A stretch of 64,000 nt of DNA from Macrostomum lignano (Eukaryota). A program made the translations under genes and the position numbers. The stretch lies in assembly GCA_002269645.1 (NCBI GenBank), contig NIVC01002718.1, positions 82,995-146,994 on the forward strand, read 5' to 3'. Below the pieces are notes generated by a model. The model was not told the DNA's origin and did no database searches. It was given only the letters and a program-made list of their open reading frames with translations. This document shows, in pieces, positions 21,827 to 49,420 of the stretch (the first letter of the stretch is position 1; the number at the start of each line of letters is the position of its first letter).

Positions 21827-22943
21827 ACTACATCTGCTGAGTTATCTGCATGCATGTCTGTTTCTTTGCCTCGAACGCCGTTAAAAGACAGACTCAAAAT
21901 CGAGTCCCTGCTGCAGCCGCATCACTATTAACTCTTCAATCAGCTGCCTCCGCGCAGCTGAGCTAGCAAAGCCGGGAAGCTCGCCCCCTCCCTCGAGAAA
22001 CTCGAACTTGATTTGAAACATAAAAAGGGAACGAATGCTGTTTGATTAAGGGGAGCAGCCAGCTGTCCGGGGGGTTGGGAGCAGCTGCGCTAGTTTGCAA
22101 AAAAAACGTAAAACTTCGAACGTGACCACGGGCAGGTCCCGAAACGCCCCGCTCCCACTTGAAGCAATCCTGCCTGACAAAGGAAGCGATCTATCGAGAA
22201 TACACAGCAAGAGGCAGCGCTTACCTGTAAAGTCGGTGCTGGGCTCCTGTGCTGCCCGTCCCCTGAACAAGATCGCGCGCTTCGCCTTAAAAATGAACAG
22301 GAGAAGGACAGACAGGCAGCAGATAGGGAGGGGGTTAAGTAGGGCAACAGACAATGTCGCCTATGGTGACAACAACTGGCCGCGCGTGCGTTTTAAGAAA
22401 ATGCACCAATCGGTGCGCCCAGCCTCTTTTCAGGAGAAAAAACTTACTCAAACCCACCCACCGGCTCAATAGTAAGCGGCCTCGGTGAAAAAACCTAATT
22501 CTAAAAGAAGTGTTTGCTTAGGTCTTGGTGCATCTTTTCTAGCTAAAAGATGGAGCCCCAACCCCTCCTTACCTGTCCGAGCACTTTCGGCACCGTTAAA
22601 GCCTCCTCGTCATCATCTCTGGCCCTCTGCCGCTGCAGCTGCAGCAATCTGTCTAAATTTAACCGGACAATTAGAGACTGGCGCAGAGCCCTCAACTCAA
22701 CCTACCTAGCTTTCCTAGCTCAAAAACTTGTTCGCAGCTCAACTGCAGAGCCAACAGTGATTTCTAAACTATATATGCTGTTGTGTGACGCGGTTCTCAT
22801 TTGCTTTATGCTGCTATGTTTGTTATAATGCATATAGCCCGCAATATTCGTATGGGTCATTGCTATAGCCTTTAATGGATCATTAATATGGTACTGTTGT
22901 TAATGTGCTTCCTTAGGCTTGCTTTGCTACAAAATAAATAGGA

Positions 22944-24004
22944 GATACAGCGGCTGGGGAAGGGAAGACAGCGGCTGGGGAAGGGGAGACAGCGGATGGG
23001 GAAGGGGAGACAGCGGATGGGGAAGGGGAGACAGCGGATGGGGAAGGGGAGACAGCGGATGGGAAAGGGGAGACAGCGGATGGGGAAGGGGAAGGGGAAA
23101 CAGCGGATGGGGAAGGGGAAGGGGAGACAGCAGATGGGGGAGGGAAGACAGCGGATGGGGAAGGGGAGACAGCAGATGGGAAAGGGAAGACAGCGACTGG
23201 GGAAGGGAAGACAGCGACTGGGGAAGGGGAGACAGCGACTGGGGAAGGGGAGACAGCGGCTGGGGAAGGGAAGACAGCGACTGGGGAAGGGGAGACAGCG
23301 GCTGGGGAAGGGAAGACAGCAGATGGGAAAGGGGAGACAGCGGCTGGGGAAGGGGAGACAGCAGATGGGAAAGGGGAGACAGCGGCTGGGGAAGGGAAGA
23401 CAGCGGCTGGGGAAGGGGAGACAGCGGCTGGGGAAGGGGAGACAGCAGATGGGGAAGGGGAGACAGCGGCTGGGGAAGGGGAGACAGCGGCAGGGGAAGG
23501 GGAGACAGCGGCTGGGGAAGGGGAGACAGCGGATGGGGAAGGGGAGACAGCAGATGGGGAAGGGGAGACAGCAGATGGGGGAGGGGAGACAGCGGATGGG
23601 GAAGGGGAGACAGCAGATGGGGAAGGGGAGACAGCAGATGGGAAAGGGGAGACAGCAGATGGGGGAGGGGAGACAGCGGATGGGGAAGGGAAGACAGCGG
23701 ATGGGGAAGGGGAGACAGCGGATGGGGAAGGGGAGACAGCAGATGGGGAAGGGGAGACAGCAGATGGGAAAGGGGAGACAGCAGATGGGGGAGGGGAGAC
23801 AGCGGCAGGGGAAGGGGAGACAGCAGATGGGGAAGGGAAGACAGCGGATGGGGAAGGGGAGACAGCAGATGGGGAAGGGGAGACAGCAGATGGGAAAGGG
23901 GAGACAGCAGATGGGGGAGGGGAGACAGCAGATGGGGAAGGGGAGACAGCGGCTGGGGAAGGGGAGACAGCAGATGGGGAAGGGGAGACAGCAGATGGGG
24001 AAGG
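22944..24004 (+). repeat. 21-bp G-rich minisatellite GGGGAAGGGGAGACAGC(A/G)GAT
   Basis: About 50 copies. Confidence 0.96.
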
Positions 24005-24364
24005 GATTTAAAGACAGGGAGTAGGGAGCGAGAGGGGGATATTTGGTAGTGTGCATACGATCGTATATTGCATTACAATGCCCTTATTTTTTGCGAATGA
24101 AATTAGATCATGGAATTTTATTTGCTTAGCCGTAAAGGCCACAAAAGTGCACGGCTGACGCGCTCGATTTGTGCCGCAGATGCAGCACGGCCGGAAAGCA
24201 TTTTTATTGGCGATCGAAGACCCTAAACAGCCATTGATTCTGCTATTATGGCCTTTGAGTGGCTGGGAGGCGAAGACTATACAAGAAAGCAGCACACAGG
24301 AATGCCTGCTGATTGTAGCAATTCAGGGATGAACTGGCGATCGCGTATTGCACATGCATATGTA

Positions 24365-24371
24365 ATCTGTT

Positions 24372-24402
<31 letters not shown>

Positions 24403-24482
24403 TTGTCTGTTTGGTTGTCTGCCTGTCTGTCTGTCTGTTTGTCTGTCTATCTATCTATCTGTCTATCAATCAATCAATCAAT

Positions 24483-24513
<31 letters not shown>
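24365..24513 (+). repeat. Compound (TCTG)/(TCTA)/(TCAA) microsatellite
   Basis: Directly visible. Confidence 0.92.
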
Positions 24514-24514
<1 letters not shown>

Positions 24515-24515
24515 A

Positions 24516-25870
24516 TGAAGTGCATGGCAAATGCACTTAATAATTGTAGCCCATACTCGTACTTTGCAAGTTTCGTCCCCTTTTTATTACGTGCTAACTG
24601 TAGTAGTCCCCATTCACTTCATGTCCCCATGTCAGCGACCTGCTGGTGGCCGGGGATGCAAAGTGACGTCGACGCATTCGTGAGGCAGTGCTCGGGTTGC
24701 AATCAACTTAGACCGAGATTTGCCAAGGCCCGGGATGTCTGGCACCCATTTCAGTGAATTCACATGGACTGGGCATACATCAAGGACGCCGCGAACGTTC
24801 TCATTATCGTGGACGCCTTCTCTGGGTGGATTGAAGCATTCCCCTGTCCCAGTCGGTCGGGCGAAAACGTCATCGCTTCTTTGTGCACTGTGTTCACTCG
24901 GTTTGGCGTATCCGAAACTGTGGTGTCAGACAACGCTCCAGAATTCACAGGCGATCCTGTTGGGACCTGGCTGAAAGCTAACGGCGTGACAAAACTAGAA
25001 TCCCCTCCATACTATCCTCAAGCGAACGGAGCAGCGGAACGAGCGGTTCAAACCGTGAAGGCTGCACTGCGCTCCTGGACTGAGCGCATCACCCGTCTGC
25101 CGTTCATCCCTTTTCTGCAGAAGGTACTGATGCATCACCGCAACTCTGCCATGAGTCGAGGAAAAAGCCCGGCCGAGTTGGTTTTTGGACGAAAACTGCG
25201 GGTTCCCGTGGTTTCAGCGTTTGACCAAGGCGAGTCTGTGCTGTACAAACCATCCGATGCAGTTGGGCAGCCCGCGAAATTCCTGATGACCGCGGGACGC
25301 AACACAGCCTGGGTTTTGGCGAATGGCCGCCTACAGTTTGCTAGCACCAACCAAATCGCTCCATACCATGGTGCTGACATCGACGATGGCGAGGAGGAAG
25401 AGGATGATGCTACACCGGCAACGACCCTGGATGACGATGGACAGCATCCAACGTCTACGCTGAGACGAAGCTCACGCATTAGGCAGCAACCTAACAGATT
25501 TGCGCCATAAACTCGCAAACTAGCTAAGATTGACACTAGTTGGCGTGCGTTTACTATTTACTGACATATTTAAACTGTTTTGTTATGCTTGTCCAATGTT
25601 CCCATTTGGAGGGGGACATGAAGTGCATGGCAAATGCACTTAATAATTGTAGCCCATACTCGTACTTTGCAAGTTTCGTCCCCTTTTTATTACGTGCTAA
25701 CTGTAGTAGTCCCCATTCAATTATGTCTATGACCACGACCTTAAAACCCTCGTATTGCCTCCCCCGAGCGCGTCTTCTCTCTAAGTTTTTCTTCGGCCCA
25801 AAGCTTTCGTAATCGCATGACAAATAAAAAGCAATATCAACCATAAGAGATAATCTGCAACAAGACAAAT
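24516..25870 (+). mobile_element. Internally deleted Ty3/Gypsy element (partial 5' LTR, integrase, PPT, 3' LTR)
   Basis: 101-bp direct repeat at 24516-24616 and 25619-25719 beginning TG. Integrase CWWPGM…CSGC…F-Q-*-IHMDW…IIVDAFSGWIEA…VSDNAPEF…ANGAAERAVQTVK ends at 25510. PPT GGAGGGGGACA lies before 25619. The LTR 3' end is approximate. Confidence 0.85.
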
Positions 25871-25924
25871 ACATCAGTTACCAGACACAACACAATAAAC
25901 CGACGCCAATTGATTGGCTGGTTT

Positions 25925-26011
25925 TTTTGATTGATTGTCTATTGATTGTCAATATAGATAAATAGATAGATAGACAAACAGATAGGCAGACAAACAGATA
26001 GGCAGACAAAC

Positions 26012-26060
<49 letters not shown>

Positions 26061-26127
26061 GGCAGACAGACAGACAGGCAGACAAACAGATAGACAGACA
26101 AATAGACAAACAGGCAGACAAACAGAT

Positions 26128-26164
<37 letters not shown>

Positions 26165-26247
26165 AACAGATAGGCAGACAAACAGACAGACAAACAGACA
26201 GGCAGACAAACAGATAGACAGACAAACAGATAGGCAGACAAACAGAT

Positions 26248-26278
<31 letters not shown>

Positions 26279-26597
26279 TAGACAGACAAACAGGCAGACA
26301 AACAGATAGACAGACAAACAGGCAGACAAACAGATAGACAGACAAACAGGCAGACAAACAGATAGACAAACAGATAGACAGACAGACAAATAGACAGACA
26401 AACAGATAGGCAGACAGACAGACAAACAGACAGGCAGACAAACAGATAGACAGACAAACAGATAGACAGACAGACAGACAGGCAGACAAACAGATAGGCA
26501 GACAAACAGATAGGCAGACAAACAGATAGACAGACAGACAGACAGGCAGACAAACAGATAGACAGACTAACAGACAGACAAACAGATAGACAGACAA

Positions 26598-26628
<31 letters not shown>

Positions 26629-26645
26629 AACAGATAGGCAGACAA

Positions 26646-26676
<31 letters not shown>

Positions 26677-26902
26677 AACAGATAGACAGACAAACAGACA
26701 GACAAACAGATAGGCAGACAAACAGATAGGCAGACAAACAGATAGGCAGACAAACAGACAGACAAACAGATAGACAGACAAACAGACAGACAAACAGATA
26801 GGCAGACAAACAGACAGACAGACAGACAGACAAACAGATAGGCAGACAAACAGATAGGCAGACAAACAGACAGACAAACAGATAGGCAGACAAACAGATA
26901 GG
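25925..26902 (-). repeat. Compound (TTGA)/(TAGA)/(CAGA/CAAA) microsatellite
   Basis: Directly visible. Confidence 0.94.
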
Positions 26903-27254
26903 CACCAATTAATTAGTATGCCAATATAAAAGACTGCCTACCCCGACCATTCAGTACACTGTTGTTTTGCCGCACATTCCATATTGAATATTCAGAAGAA
27001 TCGAAGACTTTATGAAGTCGGCGGCAGTTGCGCACACAGAATTGCTTCATTGTTAGTCTGTAAGCGTCTCAATATATAGTATAGTTCAGTTATATTTTTG
27101 TTTCAGTTATTACAGAATCTCTTTGATTACAGCTGAATATTAGATGATTCACGAGCATTAATTAACAGCAAAACAGCATGGAGGTGCGACTGCATTGCTC
27201 AACATCAGAGCAAAAATTTGATTCCGCCTTTGTAATTGAAAGAAAGGGCGGGTG

Positions 27255-27570
27255 CAAGGAGATGGGGTGATGAAAGGGAGACAGGGGGGATGTAGGGAGA
27301 AAGTGAGATTTAAGGAGACAGGGAAATGTACAGAGACAAGGAAGATGTAGGGAAATGTGGGATGTAGGGAGATGTAGGGAGATAGGGGTTGTAGGGAGAT
27401 GGGGATGTAGGGAGATGAAGGGATGTAGGGAGATGGGAGATGTAGGGAGATGAAGGGATGTAGGGAGATGGGAGATGTAGGGAGATGAAGGGATGTAGGG
27501 AGACAGGGAGATGTAGGGAGACAGGGAGATGTAGGGAGACAGGGGAGATTTAGGGAGACGGGAGATGTAG
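27255..27570 (+). repeat. GA-rich degenerate repeat (GATGTAGGGAGA core)
   Basis: Directly visible. Confidence 0.85.
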
Positions 27571-28227
27571 TCAGTTAGATAGGCAAAGCTTACCTTAGGT
27601 GCAAGTCGAAAATGATGCCAACAGAGCAAAAATAATATCAATGCTAATCTGCATGAAAATAAGTCAATATATCAAGAGCCAAAAAAGTAGATGGAAATGA
27701 GAAAAACGGTGAAACTGCTGGAGAGGAAATGAGGCGACTTGAGATATTACAGACGGCGCAGACAGCCAAGCCCAATATTGGTCTGTCAATCAAAACGCAG
27801 TTGAAATTGAAAAGCCAAATGGACTATTAACATGAGCGAGGATGTAAAAGTGCAAATATAATTGTCATGCTCGATTAAAGATTTTGTGGGGCAAGCAGAT
27901 TGCGCAACACAACGGGGCACTAGAGAGATGCAGGGGTTCCGGTTAAGCTGTTCGTCCGGCGCCACGACAGAGCAGTTCGGTGTGTACATTGGGCACAGGT
28001 GTGCGTGATTAATGGCCCGGTGAGGATCTCAGGACAGCTGACAGAGTTTCACCTGCTTGCATGCTGAGGGAGCTCTGGATTAAGAGTTTAAGGCAGGCTT
28101 GCAATTAGAGAGAGCGCAGCGCCCTGGGGGGAATGGCAGATTGAAGAGAGGCACAGATACATCCGGCCCATATGGACACGCGGACAGATAGAAGTCTGTC
28201 GGACAATAAAACAGTAAGTCACAAGAC

Positions 28228-28285
28228 TGACAGACAAACAGACACACAGACACAGACAGACAGACAGATAGACAGACAGACAGAC

Positions 28286-28366
<81 letters not shown>

Positions 28367-28389
28367 GGCAGGCAGACAGACAGAAACTA

Positions 28390-28462
<73 letters not shown>

Positions 28463-28545
28463 CTAAGACAGACAAACAGACAGACAGGCAGACAGGCAGA
28501 CAAACAGACAGACAGACAGACAGAGAGACAGACAGACACACAGAC
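28228..28545 (-). repeat. (CAGA)n microsatellite downstream of Rab21
   Basis: Directly visible. Confidence 0.94.
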
Positions 28546-28573
28546 GCGGACGGGCACATACACTGTGGCGCTG

Positions 28574-29262
28574 CTAGCAGCAGGCCTTGGACTGTCCACC
28601 GCCGCTGCCAGCCGGATCATCATCCAGCACGATGCCCGAAGTTCTGGCGCTATCGGCAGCCGGAGGCGCGGCCGCAGCAGTCTGCTGGTGTCGCTCCAGC
28701 ATGCGCCGCGCCACACCCAGGAAGGCCTCTTCTACGCCGCGGTTCAGCTTCGCCGAGGTCAGGCAGTGCGCGGCCCCGACCGATTCAGCGAATGCGGCGA
28801 CTTCGTCTGGCGACACCCGGCGCTCCCGTTCGGCGAGGTCGATCTTGTTGCCGACGATGCACAGGCACACCTGGTCGCCGCAGATTTTGCGAAGCTCCTT
28901 CACCCAGCTGCACACCTGAACAAGAATAAAAGTAGAAATAGTAGCAGTAGTAGTACTAGTAGTATTCTTAGGGAATTTCCGAATTTTTCTTAAAATTTGG
29001 AAATTTACGTTGAAAAGAACCACTAGTGGTTTCCTACAAAACGGCATTCAAACTCGTTCCTTGCCTACTTAAATCCCTTGCTGCAACAGTAGACTATAGT
29101 GAGCATAACTTTTTACTTCGCGAATTTTTTTCATTCGCTCATCATTATCATCATCTAACTAGCTCACTAACTAGCTAGCTAACTAACCAACCAACTAACC
29201 AACTATTTAACTAACTAACTAAGTACTGTAACTAACTAACTAACTAACTGACTAACTAACTG

Positions 29263-29299
<37 letters not shown>

Positions 29300-29300
29300 A

Positions 29301-29346
<46 letters not shown>

Positions 29347-29935
29347 GCTAACTAACTAACTAGCTAACTAACTAACTAACTAACTAGCTAACTAACTAAC
29401 TAGCTAACTAACTAACTAGCTAGCTAACTAACTAACTGGCCAACTAACTAACGAACTAATTAACTGAATTAATAGACTAGCTAATAAACTCATTACTAAA
29501 CGCGTTTTAGAAAAAAAATTTTGCATTAAAAATTTGCTAAACAAAAACAGTGAAACATAAGTAGATCCATCATAAACACAAAAACCCAGCATTGCTACTC
29601 AAAGCAGTAGAGCAGTGCGCTACCAAGCCATCTTAAACCTTGTGAAACGAAGACTCATCGCTGACGTCATACACCAGCAGAGCGCCTTGGCTGTCCCTGT
29701 AGTAGATGGGGCCCAGCGCGTGGAAGCGCTCCTGACCGGCCGTGTCCCAGATGTTCAGCGTCACCCTGGTGCCGCCCAAATTCAGCCGCTTGGTCAGAAA
29801 CGAAGCCTGCAGAGTCGTCACGTGCTTGCCGCTGAACTTGCCCTCGGCGTAGCGCAGTACCAGAGAAGTTTTGCCAACGCAGCCCTCGCCGAGTAGCACC
29901 AACTTGAAGCTGGCCGTGTCGGCGCCTATAGACAT
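28574..29935 (-). CDS. RAB21: Rab21 small GTPase, 2 exons, 212 aa
   Basis: Exons 29935-29639 and 28915-28574, phase 0. Motifs [54 protein letters not shown] and TSAK, with a C-terminal CC prenylation motif. Confidence 0.95.
29155..29480 (+). repeat. (AACT)n microsatellite in the Rab21 intron
   Basis: Directly visible. Confidence 0.93.
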
Positions 29936-30064
29936 GCCTGACTGGTGACCGATCGCTGCAGGGTCAGCGGGGGAGAGCTGGGGCACCGCTGCACTGACTC
30001 TATAGACCTGCGCCTGCTAGCGTTTCTAACCTTTACTTTTGAGCGAGAGAGATAGAGCCCCCGC

Positions 30065-30462
30065 CTCTCACTGCCTACCCCCGCCTTCCGCCTCCTCTCC
30101 CTGCCTTCCTTCCCCCGCCTCTCCCTGCCTTCCTTCTCCCACCTCTCCCTGCCTTCCTTCCCCCGCCTCTCCCTGCCTTCCTTCTCCCACCTCTCCCTGC
30201 CTTCCTTCCCCCGCCTCTCCCTGCCTTCCTTTTCCCGCCTCTCCCTGCCTTCCTTCTCCCGCCTCTCCCTGCCTTCCTTCTCCCGCCTCTCCCTGCCTTC
30301 CTTCCCCGCCTCTCCCTCCCTGCCATCCCCACCTCTCCCTGCCTTCCTTCCCCCGCCTCTCCCTCCCTGCCATCCCCACCTCTCCCTGCCTTTCTTCTCC
30401 CACCTCTCCCTGCCTTCCTTCCCCGCCTCTCCCTGCCTTCCTTCCCCCACCTCTCCCTGCCT
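30065..30462 (+). repeat. Pyrimidine-rich minisatellite of about 24 bp, CCTCTCCCTGCCTTCCTTCCCCG-like
   Basis: Directly visible. Confidence 0.9.
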
Positions 30463-30862
30463 CAAGATGAAAACTAAATAAAAGCAAAAAATTAAAATCA
30501 ACAAAACAAAAAGTTGAAAGGAGAACAGATAAAAACTTTCATTTATAGTTTTACTATTCAACAGGAAAACAGATACGTTTGTTTTCCCTATCTTGGGGAT
30601 TTCAAAGATACATACAATAGTACACACGATATAACATAGTAGATAGCGCTGCACTGTAGCCAGCACTAGATATAAACTCTTGAGAACTATTAAACAATGT
30701 CATAGTCTGGAAAATTGGACAAAAAACTGTTTGATAAGGGCGCTGTTCTTTGCAGATTATAAATTAGCCAGATATCCATTTATTGTAAAACTCAAAAACT
30801 TTTACTGGTCACAAAGCAGAAACATTTCGGACGCGTTCGAGAGGTCTCCGAGATGTTCAAGT

Positions 30863-46397
<15,535 letters not shown>

Positions 46398-47537
46398 TGC
46401 CAGCTGTATTTTATTAGTGCAATTTACTGAAATAGAATTGCAACAGATAGATTAGATTGGCGAGAAATAGATTAATCAGTTATTAAATACTACTGACTTG
46501 AGTAGCACAGGATGTATCTGTACGCATCTTTACTAAAAAGAAACAATTTAGCCCGAGATACCCCGAGAGGTTAAGACCCTGACGTCTGGGCCAGAGGGAG
46601 CTGTTAGTTGCTACTAGCCCAAGCCTATGGACTAAAGACACCGCCAAGCCAAAAGTGGAATCAGAGACGGTGCTAGGGCCGAGTCCACCCAGGCCACCAC
46701 CCAGCAGACAAGTCCCGGGAGTGCGCGAAAAAAGAATATTAGAATTGAAAAATGTTTGGGATACTACTGATAAGCGGTCTGAGAGCGGGGAAACCCAGAG
46801 TCTCGGAAATGGCTTAGTTTTGGAGCGAGTCTGGAAGGCTTGTTTCCGAGGGCGAGTCTCCTATCAGGCCAACTGCAAAATCCTATAGGGCTGCAAGCCA
46901 CAAGGGTGTCACCTATCCAGCTCTATATTGGAGGCCAGGCCAAGGGTCGGGAAGGGGCACAAGGAGCAAGAGGACCCGGACTCAGCCGGTATCCCCGATT
47001 CGGGACGAACATCCAACCCAGGACTCCAGTCCACTGTCAGGATGAGAGCCGAGACACAAGGACAGGGAGACAACCAGAGGAGCCAGCAGGTGGACCAAGG
47101 ACAGAGCAGGATGGACCGGGCAGGGAGGGCAGAGCTCAAAACTCTAGTAGTAGTAATACAGGGTCGGGAAATGTTAGTAGTACTAGTAGGGATAGCCAAG
47201 GAGTTTGGGAGTTTCTATACAAGTAAACGAAGTTCTGCTTCGTCTTTGGGATTTTAAACCTGACAATTCTAATACATTTCGATTAAAAATGATAAATTTT
47301 GGAAGACTCCGGTACAAAGATATAACTAACCAATTGAACTTTATTTACCAGCACACAAATGCAAACCATTGATGGTAGGCAATTAACAAATTCGCACCAA
47401 AAATAGGGAGCATCTGAATGTGTTTACCTTGATTAAAATTATTATAACAAATTGTTCCGAACTAAATTAAAAAAGCCATAAAATGCACTAATATTTCTGT
47501 TGATCAAAGAAGACTCAATCGATTTTCTTTAAAACAT

Positions 47538-49420
47538 TCATCGAGCCGATCGACTGGCAGGCGAGAATTCCTGCCACAGCCGCTCGAATTCTCGTCGAAA
47601 AGCTTCGACAACTTTGACATCGTCTAGCGCCACAACATTCTCCCAATTGCCCAGGGTGCCCTGGCCAGTCCAGTTCAGACTGCCTGTCAGCACTAAGGAG
47701 CGATCAATCACGCAGAACTTGTGATGCATAAAATAGGAAGTTGAATCCGCCCGAATCGGCAAGCCGGCCGAACGCAGTTTGGCTATGGCGCTGCCAAGAG
47801 AGTGCAGCTGCTCCGAGTCGCATATGACGCGAACCTGCGGTGCATTCATTGGTTTTTGGTCCAGTGTACACAATGTAAACTTGACAAGGATTGGTTGGCT
47901 TCTATGGTCGAGCTTCTATGGCCGAATGTACATAGAGAATGAAGTTTCTATGGCCGAGTGTACATAGAAAATGAAGCTTCTATGGCCGAGTGTACATAGA
48001 GAATGAAGTTTCTATGGCCGGGTGTACATAGGTGGTGAAGCTTCTATGGTCGGGTGTACATAGAGAATGAAGTTTCTATGGCCGAGTGTACACAGAAAAT
48101 GAAGTTTCTATGGCCAGGTGTACATAGAAAATGAAGTTTCTATGGCCGAGTGTACATACAAAAAAAAAGCTTCTATGGCCGGGTGTAGATAGAAAATGAA
48201 GCTTCTATGGCCGAGTGTAGATAGAAAATGAAGCTTCTATGGCCGGGTGTACATAGAAAATGAAGCTTCTATGGCCGGGTGTACACAGAAAATGAAGCTT
48301 CTATGGCCGGGTGCCGGGTGTACATAGAAAATGAAGCTTCTATGGCCGAGTGTACATAGAAAATGAAGCTTCTATGGCCGGGTGTAGATAGAAAATGAAG
48401 CTTCTATGGCCGATTGTAGATAGAAAATGAAGCTTCTATGGCCGAGTGTACATAGAAAATGAAGCTTCTATGGCCGGGTGTACACAGAAAATGAAGCTTC
48501 TATGGCCGGGTGCCGGGTGTACATAGAAAATGAAGCTTCTATGGCCGAGTGTACATAGAAAATGAAGCTTCTATGGCCGGGTGTAGATAGAAAATGAAGC
48601 TTCTATGGCCGAGTGTACATAGAAAATGAAGCTTCTATGGCCGGGTGTACATAGGTGGTGAAGCTTCTATGGCCGGGTGTACATAGAGAATAAAGCTTCT
48701 ATGACCGGGTGTACATAGGTGGTGAAGCTTCTATGGCCGGGTGTACATAGGTGGTGAAGCTTCTATGGCCGGGTGTACACAGAAAATGAAGCTTCTATGG
48801 CCGAGTGTACATAGAAACTGAAGCTTCTATGGCCGAGTGTACATAGAAAATGAAGCTTCTATGGCCGGGTGTACATAGAGAATGAAGTTTCTATGGCCGG
48901 GTGTACATAGAAAATAAAGTTTCTATGGCCGAGTGTACATAGAAAATGAAGCTTCTATGGCCGTGACACCACAGCCACATGCTTGCACACAGCTACTCAC
49001 CCGCACAGGCCTCGGTTTTCGCTGACTGAGCGCCAGCAACAGAGCAGATAAGTCTGGGCTACTCAAAGTGTACATACACAAGTCCAGACTGCGGACGGCC
49101 GAAGCCAGCTGCCTAATCAGCTGGAAGTACGGATGCTGGCTGCTGTGGCTCAGTCTGCAGTCGGACGGGTCCGGACAAAACACGGCTGGATCGTTGGACG
49201 AGGAGGCAGCGGCGGCCAAGGCCTGGCTAGCGGCTTGGCACGGCGGAAGCAAGCTGCCGCCAGAAAAGAAGATGCAATCAAATTGGCGACGGCAACGGCC
49301 GCGGCTTTGGCGACGATTGATAAGAAATTTGAGTAGGCGTTCGAGCAGAGGACCGGCGGCTAGGCAGGCCAGCCCCGCGCCAGCCAGTAGGAGATAGCGC
49401 TGTGCAACTGAGAGACTCAT
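47538..49420 (-). CDS. PLD6: Mitochondrial cardiolipin hydrolase / piRNA endonuclease PLD6 (zucchini), 2 exons, 238 aa
   Basis: Exons 49420-49001 and 47834-47538, phase 0. N-terminal hydrophobic anchor, SLDLCMYTLS, VRVICD, and a single HKD motif MHHKFCVID…LTGSLNWT…N.EN. Confidence 0.92.
47897..48962 (+). repeat. 32-bp minisatellite GCTTCTATGGCCGAGTGTACATAGAAAATGAA (PLD6 intron)
   Basis: About 33 copies; each unit contains an internal inverted repeat. Confidence 0.95.

Noticed and set aside
22872-26908. Long CLPFPI, GRGDS and VCLS ORFs
   Set aside because: Simple-repeat translations.
47935-47975. Resemblance of GAAGTTTCTAT to the yeast FRT left arm
   Set aside because: Only one arm partly matches and there is no biological link, so it is treated as coincidence.
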